This document shows, one piece after another, positions 1 through 8,001 of a stretch of 64,000 nt of DNA. Source of the DNA: a virus; the IMG/VR virus record IMGVR_UViG_3300044952_000182, positions 1,578 through 65,577 of that record; one strand, given 5' to 3'. The notes beneath the pieces were generated by a model. That model saw nothing but the letters and a program-made list of their open reading frames with translations. It was not told where the DNA came from and made no database searches. The first letter of the stretch is position 1. The number at the start of each line of letters is the position of its first letter. Both the position numbers and the translations under genes were made by a program.

Positions 1-1475
1 TCTTTTACAAAGAAGTCTACATCAAACATCATTCCATTGGTTTGAATTCCTTTTCCTTGAGATGTATTAACTATACCTAAATAAGCTTTCTTGTCTGTAT
101 TAAAGGATTCATTAATAACACCTAAGTCTTTCTCATTTACAACTACATCATATGTGTTATAGAATGCACGTTTGTATCCTAGATCTTGAGCAGCTTTGAA
201 TCCATTATATAAGTTAGTAAGTACAGTGAGAGACTGATTACTATATTTCAATCCATTGATATTCACCTCAGCATAATAGTCATCTGTATGTCTATAGAAT
301 CTGCTGTAATAAGAATGATGTGTTAATGGATTATGTGCATCGTACACATAGTGATCCACCATACGTTGTATCTCCTCGTCCACAGGATAGTGACTGATTA
401 ACATGATGTTTCTACCTAAGGCTTTCATAGAGTTGATAGTATCCTTAGTTAATTGTGCACGAGATTTTAAATTAGGATAGGTGCCTATGATGATAAGTTC
501 TTCATCTTTCTTATCAAGGTTTAATTTTTTGATGATATTAGTAGCATCACTACCAATATCTCCAGTTAAATAAACCATATTCTCTGCATCATTATACTTG
601 TTACAATATACATCTAGGTTGTACATTACTTTGATCAAGTCATCATATTCCATAGCTTCTTTAATAGCAATAGGATTTAACTCCTTGTTACCTCTGTCTC
701 CTTTAGATGGGAAGAAGAATACATCAGAAGCTTCTAAGAACATGTCTACATCATCTCGCTCACCCCACACAACACAGTTGTCTGGTTTGTTAGCCATCAA
801 GGGCTTCCAATATGATTCAAAGTTACCAGCTTGGTTACCTAGGAAATGAAACTTAACCTTGTAGTTCTTAAGTCTTTCTGCTAGTTGGAATGCATAAGCT
901 TGATTCTTTCTAGGTGTAAACAACCCTACAGTTACAAAGTGTTTATAGTCATGCTCTAATCCTAACTTTTCTCTTATAGCATACTGGTTTCTTTCTTTCT
1001 TGTTTACAGGATACTCAATCACTTCTGTAGGTACATTTAATGTAATGTATTGAAATGAATTATATGAGCTAACAAATATAAACTTGTCAGGCAAATAGTA
1101 TTTGTTTTTAGGATTGAATGAACTATCATGTGTAGTTTCTACAATCTTCCATGGCTTCTCTGCATCGTATAGATAGTCAGCACATTCTTCATTCATAAAC
1201 ATCTCTGGAAACTCTTCCATAGAGATTACATCTGGTTTGAACTCTTGCAGAACTTGCAACAGTTCATCATATTTATTCTCTCCTAGTGAATGGAAGTTCT
1301 GATCTCCCACTAGTTTAATTATTCTATTTCTTTGCACAACAAACTGCCATGCTAGGAATGCATACTCTACCACCTTGATATCAAAGTCATTCTGTAGTAG
1401 TTCTACTTTGTTTACTGTTACCTGGGGTGCTCCTCCTGTTGATAGATGAGGAGTGATGATTAATAGTTTCTTCAT
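1..1475 (-). CDS. glycosyltransferase, GT-B fold (GT4/GT1-like); C-terminus beyond window edge
   Basis: Minus-strand frame is open from ATG at 1475-1473 to the window edge, so it is absent from the ORF track. N-terminus MKKLLIITPHLSTGGAPQV matches the Gly-rich N-terminal motif of GT-B glycosyltransferases. ATGA start/stop overlap with the upstream GT9 gene. Confidence 0.5.
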   Translation of the reverse strand, partial: MKKLLIITPHLSTGGAPQVTVNKVELLQNDFDIKVVEYAFLAWQFVVQRNRIIKLVGDQNFHSLGENKYDELLQVLQEFKPDVISMEEFPEMFMNEECADYLYDAEKPWKIVETTHDSSFNPKNKYYLPDKFIFVSSYNSFQYITLNVPTEVIEYPVNKKERNQYAIREKLGLEHDYKHFVTVGLFTPRKNQAYAFQLAERLKNYKVKFHFLGNQAGNFESYWKPLMANKPDNCVVWGERDDVDMFLEASDVFFFPSKGDRGNKELNPIAIKEAMEYDDLIKVMYNLDVYCNKYNDAENMVYLTGDIGSDATNIIKKLNLDKKDEELIIIGTYPNLKSRAQLTKDTINSMKALGRNIMLISHYPVDEEIQRMVDHYVYDAHNPLTHHSYYSRFYRHTDDYYAEVNINGLKYSNQSLTVLTNLYNGFKAAQDLGYKRAFYNTYDVVVNEKDLGVINESFNTDKKAYLGIVNTSQGKGIQTNGMMFDVDFFVK

Positions 1476-2401
1476 ATGTTATTGTTAATTGCGTGAATCA
1501 CCTGCTCTACAGATGGATGACACTCATAAGCTTCTTTCTTCTCTAAGCATCCAATCAGTGGCTGTACAGAGTCTATTGTAGGCCAATACTCAAGAGCATA
1601 TTTCATATTGGATGAACAGTGTAATCCACATGCTCCTCTTACGTATATATGTTTGCTAGTCTTTCTACGTGGTCTACGAAACTCTGGGTTGATAGGAGAT
1701 CCTAATTCAATTATAGGTGTTTCTGTTGTACCTGCTAAATGTAGGATACCTGAGTCCATTGTAATTACAACTGCAGCATCGTTAATCAGATGCCAGCTCT
1801 CAGAGATAGATGTTTGATTCATTAGATTGATAACATTTTGATTATCAATATCATGTACAGGTTTGTTTACATTAAAGAATCCTGTCTCAGAACTATCCTT
1901 ACCTATAGCCACCACTTTGTATCCCCACTTCACTAACTCTTCAGATAGCTTTAGCCAGTTCTCTTGTGACCATGTTCTATTAGGCCAGCTGTTAACAGGA
2001 TGTATTACAGCATACTTCTCATGTACAAAGTTCTTCTTAGGTTCTGTAGGTTTGTAATAACATTCTAGTTCATCTTCTCCAAGCATAAAGCCTAGGTGTA
2101 TGGCATGAAACTGTCTGATGTCCATCATGTTATGCTTCATCTCCACACCACGCTCGTCCTTCTTACCTACTAGATAGAATGAATTATGTACAATGTAATT
2201 ACTTTGTATGTACGTCATGTCTATAGAACTAGCTTTATAGCTCTTCTCTACATAGGGATTCGTTTTAAATAGCTCAGGCATCTGAGAGATGACAGTAATC
2301 TTTCTTTGATATGCATCATGTAGTTTCTTAATGGTGGGGGTGGCACATATCAGGTCTCCCAAACCATTACATTCTTCTAAGTTTAAGCAAACTGGTTTCA
2401 T
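1472..2401 (-). CDS. glycosyltransferase family 9 (heptosyltransferase-like)
   Basis: N-terminal LEECNGLGDLICATP matches the GT9 motif (lGDvvlttP). C-terminal VVITMDSGILHLAGTTETPIIELGSP matches the GT9 signature (DSGpmHLAaA...lfGpt). Confidence 0.75.
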   Translation of the reverse strand: MKPVCLNLEECNGLGDLICATPTIKKLHDAYQRKITVISQMPELFKTNPYVEKSYKASSIDMTYIQSNYIVHNSFYLVGKKDERGVEMKHNMMDIRQFHAIHLGFMLGEDELECYYKPTEPKKNFVHEKYAVIHPVNSWPNRTWSQENWLKLSEELVKWGYKVVAIGKDSSETGFFNVNKPVHDIDNQNVINLMNQTSISESWHLINDAAVVITMDSGILHLAGTTETPIIELGSPINPEFRRPRRKTSKHIYVRGACGLHCSSNMKYALEYWPTIDSVQPLIGCLEKKEAYECHPSVEQVIHAINNNI

Positions 2402-3042
2402 TGTATTGACATTAAAAAATCAGGAGTTGTATAGTCTCTTTTAACTGTTGTATATCCTAGTCTAGCTAAGAAATTTACAGCTGTACTTGTATTGTCCTCT
2501 AACCATATTAGAGGCTTATCTCTTTGTATTAATTTTATCATTCCTTCAAAAGCAGACATCTCATGACCCTCAATATCTATCTTGATAAACTTAACAGGCT
2601 CATCAAACCATACATCATCTAGAGCTAAGACAATGTTCTTATGTGCTCCATTAGGTACAATCTTTACCACACCACTGTTGGAACCATGTCCATCATCAAA
2701 TGAAACAATAGATGTTCTACTACCCACTCCTACATTTATTGCAGATACATCCTTGTATCTTTTTGTGTTTTGCTTTAGAACAGAATAGTTATCTGGATGT
2801 GGTTCAAATGCTATAATCTTTAAGTTAGGGAAGTGGTGTTTAAATTGTACACAATGTCCTCCTATATTAGCCCCAATATCTAACATTAGTCCTGTAGAAG
2901 GGAAATGTTCTTTCCAATCATTAAATAACTGAAATTCCCAGAAATCATTGTATTTAACTATGTCATCTGAGATACATTCAGGACTCTCAAATATAACCAT
3001 AGGTGTATTGTGAATACTTACTATCCTAGTTTCTCGTTTCAT
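2398..3042 (-). CDS. FkbM-family SAM-dependent methyltransferase
   Basis: LDIGANIGGHCVQF ... IIAFEPHPDNYSVLKQN fit the FkbM domain motifs (DiGAniG ... fEP.p..f..L..N). Confidence 0.7.
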   Translation of the reverse strand: MKRETRIVSIHNTPMVIFESPECISDDIVKYNDFWEFQLFNDWKEHFPSTGLMLDIGANIGGHCVQFKHHFPNLKIIAFEPHPDNYSVLKQNTKRYKDVSAINVGVGSRTSIVSFDDGHGSNSGVVKIVPNGAHKNIVLALDDVWFDEPVKFIKIDIEGHEMSAFEGMIKLIQRDKPLIWLEDNTSTAVNFLARLGYTTVKRDYTTPDFLMSIQ

Positions 3043-3075
3043 TTGTTGGTTATTTCCACAAATATACTATCTTTG
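3042..3075 (+). promoter_or_regulatory. Bacteroidota sigma-A type promoter (TTTG -33, TATCTTTG -7)
   Basis: TTTG at 3042-3045 and TAnnTTTG (TATCTTTG) at 3068-3075, 25 nt upstream of ATG 3100. Confidence 0.4.
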
Positions 3076-3099
3076 CTCAAAATAACAAAACGTTTTGCT

Positions 3100-3468
3100 A
3101 TGAAAATTGAAGTTTCTGTAGGAGAAGTAGTAGATAAATGGACTATACTTTCCATCAAAGCCCTGAACATTACAGACAAAGACAAACTAGTTAATGTTTT
3201 CAAAGAAAGAAATTATCTGAATGATGCTGTACATCCTGAGATCTTACATGACCCTATGACTGATGAACTTCTTAAGGTGAACCAGTTTCTTTGGAAGGTG
3301 GAAGATCTTCTAAGAGACTTTGAAAGAGCTAGTAGCTTTGGAGAAGAGTTTGTTGACTTAGCTAGATCTGTCTACAAATTAAATGATCAAAGAGCACATA
3401 TTAAAAAAGAAATTAATATTAAGTATGGCTCTGACTTTGTAGAGGAAAAGTCCTACCAGCCCTACTAA
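3100..3468 (+). CDS. hypothetical protein
   Basis: ORF-track frame 3010..3468 trimmed to ATG 3100 (MKIEVSVGEV) downstream of the promoter; the upstream part overlaps the FkbM gene. Confidence 0.5.
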   Translation: MKIEVSVGEVVDKWTILSIKALNITDKDKLVNVFKERNYLNDAVHPEILHDPMTDELLKVNQFLWKVEDLLRDFERASSFGEEFVDLARSVYKLNDQRAHIKKEINIKYGSDFVEEKSYQPY

Positions 3469-3559
3469 AAAAATATTTGGTAGTTTCAACTTTTTTACCT
3501 AGTTTTGCAATGAAGTAGAATTTAACCTAAATAGGTCAATCTGACCATGTTATACATCC

Positions 3560-3901
3560 ATGTCCTGGGTGTATTTTTATTTACACTCCTTTAAGAAAAT
3601 GATAAAAAGTAACCCTACACTTGAGGCTTTTAAAGTTTGGACATTCCCAACCTTAGTTTCTATATTAGCTATGATGATATGGAATGATGTAAACGAAATC
3701 AAAAGTGACGTCAAAGTCTTAATGGCTCAGTCCAATGTAGACAAGACACGTATAGACAACTTGGAAAGAGTAGTCTATAAAACAGCTGCTTCCTTTCCTA
3801 CTAGAATTCCTATAGAAACAGCAGTATTTAGAGAGATGGCTATACTTCCTAATAACAAATTAATTATAAAAAATGAAAAAGTTCTTTTCAGATCTATTTG
3901 A
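3560..3901 (+). CDS. membrane protein, lysis cassette (holin/antiholin candidate)
   Basis: One hydrophobic TM segment (FPTLVSILAMMIW); sits at the head of the lysis cluster. Confidence 0.4.
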   Translation: MSWVYFYLHSFKKMIKSNPTLEAFKVWTFPTLVSILAMMIWNDVNEIKSDVKVLMAQSNVDKTRIDNLERVVYKTAASFPTRIPIETAVFREMAILPNNKLIIKNEKVLFRSI

Positions 3902-4115
3902 TGATAGCAACTCAATTAATGAGAAAGCTATAATTGGTTTCGCTTCTTTTATAATCATGATCATTTTTGCAATAGTGGACATCATCACTGGCACTATGCA
4001 TAAAGAGTTGGTTGTCAATGAGTTCATATATGATTCATTCAAAATATTAACTATAGCTTGTTTTGGTATTGCTTCTGTAGACAAATGGATAAACAAAATA
4101 AAAGGTAATGAATAA
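3873..4115 (+). CDS. holin candidate (two TM segments)
   Basis: 80 aa with two hydrophobic helices (AIIGFASFIIMIIFAIVDIITG; FKILTIACFGIASV) and a charged C-terminus, immediately upstream of the endolysin region. Confidence 0.45.
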   Translation: MKKFFSDLFDDSNSINEKAIIGFASFIIMIIFAIVDIITGTMHKELVVNEFIYDSFKILTIACFGIASVDKWINKIKGNE

Positions 4116-4704
4116 AATTCTAGTATTTGTTGTAATGGTTTTACTGTTTACAGTGACTCTTCAACATAAAGGATGCGTTAGCTCTCAGATAAAAGCTGAT
4201 ACTGTAACGTTACACGATACAACCTGGCAAGTTCATGACTCATTGATTGTCAAGAAGTTAAAGGTTAAAGAGATAATACATGACACACTACCTGCAGAAT
4301 ATATTGCAGACACAAACTACCCTAAGCTAAAAGCACAATATGATGCTTTAGTCTTTGCTCATTTAGCAAAGAAAGTCTATACTGACACTGTCAAGATAGA
4401 TACCTTAGGCTATGTAGCTGTAGCTGATACAGTACATAAAAACGAGCTACAGAACAGATCTTATAAATACAACTATAAGATCCCAACAATTACTGTGACA
4501 ACCATCATCACTAAGCAAGCTCCTCCTAAGGGAGCTCTATTTATTGGTGGTGGATTCACTAACACAAAACAACTAGAACTTCAAACCATACAGGGGGGAG
4601 TGCTTTACAAGACTAAGAAAGATAAGATATTTGGTTTACATATTGGAATAAACAACAATAGTCAAGTTATATATGGGGTGAGTAGCTATTGGAAAATTAA
4701 ATAA
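4108..4704 (+). CDS. secreted/lipoprotein-like protein
   Basis: N-terminal signal peptide MNKILVFVVMVLLFTVTLQHKGC. Confidence 0.4.
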   Translation: MNKILVFVVMVLLFTVTLQHKGCVSSQIKADTVTLHDTTWQVHDSLIVKKLKVKEIIHDTLPAEYIADTNYPKLKAQYDALVFAHLAKKVYTDTVKIDTLGYVAVADTVHKNELQNRSYKYNYKIPTITVTTIITKQAPPKGALFIGGGFTNTKQLELQTIQGGVLYKTKKDKIFGLHIGINNNSQVIYGVSSYWKIK

Positions 4705-4706
4705 CT

Positions 4707-5312
4707 ATGAACGTTGATAAATTAAAAGGGCACATTCCTGATGGGGTGATTGCTCAAATCCCTAGTGTAGTAGATAAGTTTGAGATCAATACACCTTTAC
4801 GTTTAGCCCATTTTCTAGCACAAACAGGACATGAATCTGGCGGATTCAAAGCTGTTACAGAAAACTTAAACTATGGAGCTGCAGGTCTTTCAAGTATCTT
4901 TAAGAAATACTTTACACCTGAAAGTGCTAAAGAGTATGAACGCAAACCTGAAAAAATAGCAAATATAGTATATGCAAACAGAATGGGGAATGGTAACCAG
5001 GCTTCTGGTGAAGGTTATAAATTTCGTGGAAGGGGTTTTATCCAACTAACAGGAAAGGATAACTACGCTGCTTTTGACAAGACAGTTGATGATGATATCA
5101 TAGCTAACCCAGATCTTGTAGCTACAAAGTACCCACTTTTATCTGCAGCTTGGTTCTTCCATAAGAATGGATTACACAAGATTGCTGACGAGGGGGCTAC
5201 AGATGCAGTGGTAACCAAGGTAACCAAGCGTGTTAATGGTGGAACAATTGGTCTACCAGATCGTATTAAACACTTTAATGAATACAATAATCTTTTAAAT
5301 GGTAGTATATAA
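4707..5312 (+). CDS. endolysin, glycoside hydrolase family 19 (chitinase-like lysozyme)
   Basis: LAHFLAQTGHESGGF ... YKFRGRGFIQLTGKDNY match the GH19 catalytic-core motifs (lAaFlAQ.gHESggf ... RGRGpiQLTg..NY). Confidence 0.85.
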   Translation: MNVDKLKGHIPDGVIAQIPSVVDKFEINTPLRLAHFLAQTGHESGGFKAVTENLNYGAAGLSSIFKKYFTPESAKEYERKPEKIANIVYANRMGNGNQASGEGYKFRGRGFIQLTGKDNYAAFDKTVDDDIIANPDLVATKYPLLSAAWFFHKNGLHKIADEGATDAVVTKVTKRVNGGTIGLPDRIKHFNEYNNLLNGSI

Positions 5313-5614
5313 TGGCAGCGAAAAAAGAAACAAATATATCAGCAAACCCTTTACCTATATCGTTTAAGGAGTTTGCTAAAAACCCAATAGTGGGCACCCT
5401 TTTCTTGGTGCTCATTGCTATTTCATACCTATACGTAGATGTTCGTACAACATTTAAAGAGCAGGCAACTTCTCAAAACGTACGTATAGATAAGGTAGAA
5501 ACTAGATTAGATAAGGTACAGGAAGCTTTGAGAGTTAGCGATAGCACTAAAGCTGTGACTACCACTCAGTTACAAACATTACAACAATTAGGGGCCATAA
5601 AAAAGTTACACTAA
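5312..5614 (+). CDS. i-spanin candidate (N-terminal TM, coiled-coil periplasmic domain)
   Basis: N-terminal TM segment IVGTLFLVLIAISYLYV followed by a charged helical region; directly after the endolysin. Confidence 0.45.
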   Translation: MAAKKETNISANPLPISFKEFAKNPIVGTLFLVLIAISYLYVDVRTTFKEQATSQNVRIDKVETRLDKVQEALRVSDSTKAVTTTQLQTLQQLGAIKKLH

Positions 5615-5943
5615 TGAGAACATTAGCATTTTTAATATTAATAAGTCTATATGGATGTCAATATACCACAGCTCAGCACGTTGATGAAACAGTTAAAGAA
5701 GATAAAGAGTTTGAACTTCTACTTAACAAAGTTTCAGAAAATAATAAAAATAGTGCAGCTATACAAGAAGGTGCTACCAAAGCCCAAACAAAAATAGTAA
5801 ACCAAGCTGTTAACCAAATTGTATCGTTAAAAGCAGAAGTTAGTTCATTAAAATCTGAATTAAATGATGTTAAAAGTAAACTTGATAGTAATCTTACTGA
5901 CACTGGTGTCAAATTTAAGTTATTGCCAGTATCCAATCGTTAA
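5614..5943 (+). CDS. o-spanin candidate (lipoprotein)
   Basis: Signal peptide plus lipobox-like LISLYGC; small periplasmic coiled-coil protein; ATGA-type overlap with the preceding gene. Confidence 0.45.
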   Translation: MRTLAFLILISLYGCQYTTAQHVDETVKEDKEFELLLNKVSENNKNSAAIQEGATKAQTKIVNQAVNQIVSLKAEVSSLKSELNDVKSKLDSNLTDTGVKFKLLPVSNR

Positions 5944-6253
5944 GAAAATAGGCAATGACTCTGTTGTAATAATGACCTTAAAACAGGCAACAACTATAAA
6001 TAGTACGTTTCAATCTAATCAAAATACAATTGATTCGTTGAAAACACATGTCTATATAAAAGATAGCATTATAAATAATAAAAAAACAACATATGATAGC
6101 TTATACAAAATTACAGATCAGTATAAGATAAGATATGATGAAAGACTAAACATGCGTATTCCTGTTCCTAAAGATAATAGTGGATGGGACTTTGCTCAAA
6201 AAATGGTATTGATTTTTGTTATAATATTACAATTCTCCACTATAAAACAATAA
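5864..6253 (+). CDS. hypothetical membrane/lipoprotein-like protein
   Basis: N-terminal signal-like VILLTLVSNLSYC and a C-terminal TM segment. Overlaps the 3-prime 80 nt of the o-spanin candidate in another frame, so the start is uncertain. Confidence 0.3.
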   Translation: MMLKVNLIVILLTLVSNLSYCQYPIVKKIGNDSVVIMTLKQATTINSTFQSNQNTIDSLKTHVYIKDSIINNKKTTYDSLYKITDQYKIRYDERLNMRIPVPKDNSGWDFAQKMVLIFVIILQFSTIKQ

Positions 6254-6254
6254 A

Positions 6255-6377
6255 ATGGCAAAAGCAGTAGGTAACTCAAGAAAAATCTCCTTTGGAAAAC
6301 GTAAAAGAGGCAAAGCTTCTAAGTTTAAAGGTCCTAAGGACAAGGCTACTAAGCCTTACAACAGGCAGGGTAAGTAA
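6255..6377 (+). CDS. small lysine-rich basic protein (40 aa)
   Basis: MAKAVGNSRKISFGKRKRGKASKFKGPKDKATKPYNRQGK; below the track's size cutoff; composition resembles the K-rich family at 9.8-11.7 kb. Confidence 0.35.
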   Translation: MAKAVGNSRKISFGKRKRGKASKFKGPKDKATKPYNRQGK

Positions 6378-6400
6378 TAACTAAAAAAGTTAAAACACAT

Positions 6401-6466
6401 ATAACTAAAATTGTTATTGTAAATTATTGACACTCATTGTTAATATTAAAAAGTAACATATCTTTG
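6401..6466 (+). promoter_or_regulatory. promoter region with conserved 20-nt motif ATAACTAAAATTGTTATTGT and a TATCTTTG -7 box
   Basis: TTG at 6437-6439 and TATCTTTG at 6459-6466, 19 nt before ATG 6486. The 20-mer at 6401-6420 recurs at 46671-46690. Confidence 0.4.
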
Positions 6467-6485
6467 AACATTAATTTTTTATATC

Positions 6486-6656
6486 ATGGCAATACCATCA
6501 AGACAGATAGGTTGGAGTACAACAGATAACTTGCTTTGGCAGATATCTAAGCAATTAGAATATTTGACACAAGTAACAGCTAATTGTTGTCCTACAACAA
6601 CTACCACAACTACAGTAGCACCAACAACTACTACTACGACTACACCTGCTCCTTAA
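6486..6656 (+). CDS. small CC-polyThr protein (shortest member of the mucin-like paralog family)
   Basis: MAIPSRQIGWSTTDNLLWQISKQLEYLTQVTANCCPTTTTTTTVAPTTTTTTTPAP. Shares the CC-(NY-V)-P-Thr-run and the terminal TPAP with ORFs 7702..7989 and 8002..8808. Confidence 0.4.
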   Translation: MAIPSRQIGWSTTDNLLWQISKQLEYLTQVTANCCPTTTTTTTVAPTTTTTTTPAP

Positions 6657-6681
6657 TAAAGAGAAACCAACAAACTACATA

Positions 6682-7699
6682 TATGAAGGATCTTAAATTT
6701 ATCTGTGCACAGCCAGATGATGTATACTACACATGGCAGGTACATCTATGGTTGGAAAGTTTAAAGAAGCTTGGGCACTCAGACAAAGCAATTGTTTTAG
6801 TGTACACACCTAGTTTCAGAGAATATAATGGTAAATGGGAGAAGATAATGGAGCTGTATCCAGAAGCACAATTTGCTTTCTACAAGGATACAGGAGATGT
6901 TAGTCAGTATTTAGGAGTATATATTCCTATTCTACGTCCTTATTGCTTAATGAGATATTTCCAGGACAATCCTGAGATGGTATCCAAAGCAGTTTTTTAT
7001 TGTGATTGTGATGTAATCTTCACAGAAAAGTTTGATATAGATAAATTTAAAGATGATGATATAAACTACTTGTCTGATACAAACAGTTATATCAACGCTT
7101 CATATTTTGATAGTAAAGACAGAGATGTTCTACCAGACAAACTGGAAGAGTATAAGACTAGAGATGTCTTAGCTGAGCTTACAAGCTTAGTGGGTATAAC
7201 AAGAGAGATAGCTGAAGCTAACAATGATCATTCAGGAGGAGCTCAATACTTCCTTAAAAATATAGACAGTGAGTTTTGGAAGAAGGTGATGAATGACTGT
7301 ATATTAATACGTGTCTACCTTCAGAATATAAACAAACAGTTCTTCAAAAATGAAGACAAAGGGTTCCAAAGCTGGTGTGCAGATATGTGGGCTGTGCTAT
7401 GGAACGTTTGGCTTAGAGAGAAAGAAACAAAGAACATTCCTGAATTGGAATTCTGTTGGTCTTCAGATCCTATAGAGAAGCTAGATAGAACAACATTGTT
7501 ACATAATGCAGGGATTACAGGACAGAACACAATGGGTTATCCTGCCTTTTATAAAGGAGCATATCACGCTGGTAAAGATCCTTTTAAAGATACACAACTA
7601 TATGTAGTACGCACTGATGAGAAGTCTAAGAAATATGCAACTCATTACTATGTAAAACAACTATTAGAAATAAAAAACAAATATAATATAAATTATTAA
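6682..7699 (+). CDS. hypothetical protein (possible GT-A-like nucleotide-sugar transferase, DCD motif)
   Basis: Track ORF 6584..7699 trimmed to ATG 6682 (MKDLKFICAQPDD), because the upstream part overlaps the small ORF 6486..6656. Contains YCDCDVIF (DxD-like). No firm family assignment. Confidence 0.45.
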
Positions 7700-7701
7700 T
7701 T

Positions 7702-7989
7702 ATGGCCCAGAATACTAATCGCCCTCTCAAAGCTTATGTACGCTTTGATGGTACTGGAAGAATCGTTCCAAGCAGCCTAATCTTAAGAAGAAAGAAACCC
7801 AAGGTTGGTAAGTGGGTAGAGATCCCAGCTTATGAATGTTGCAATTACGTTCCTACAACAACTACTACAACCAGTAGTACAAGCACTAGCACAACTACTA
7901 GTACATCTACTAGCACAAGTACAAGTACAACAACAACTACTACGACTGCTACTCCAACAACAACAACAACAACAACTCCTGCACCTTAA
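7702..7989 (+). CDS. Thr/Ser-rich mucin-like protein (conserved N-domain + poly-Thr/(ST)n tail)
   Basis: N-terminus NRPLKAYVRFDGTGRIV...ECCNYVPTTTTTTSSTSTS is a paralog of the N-terminus of 8002..8808; ends ...TTTTTTPAP. Confidence 0.55.
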   Translation: MAQNTNRPLKAYVRFDGTGRIVPSSLILRRKKPKVGKWVEIPAYECCNYVPTTTTTTSSTSTSTTTSTSTSTSTSTTTTTTTATPTTTTTTTPAP

Positions 7990-8001
7990 AATTAAATAAA
8001 C

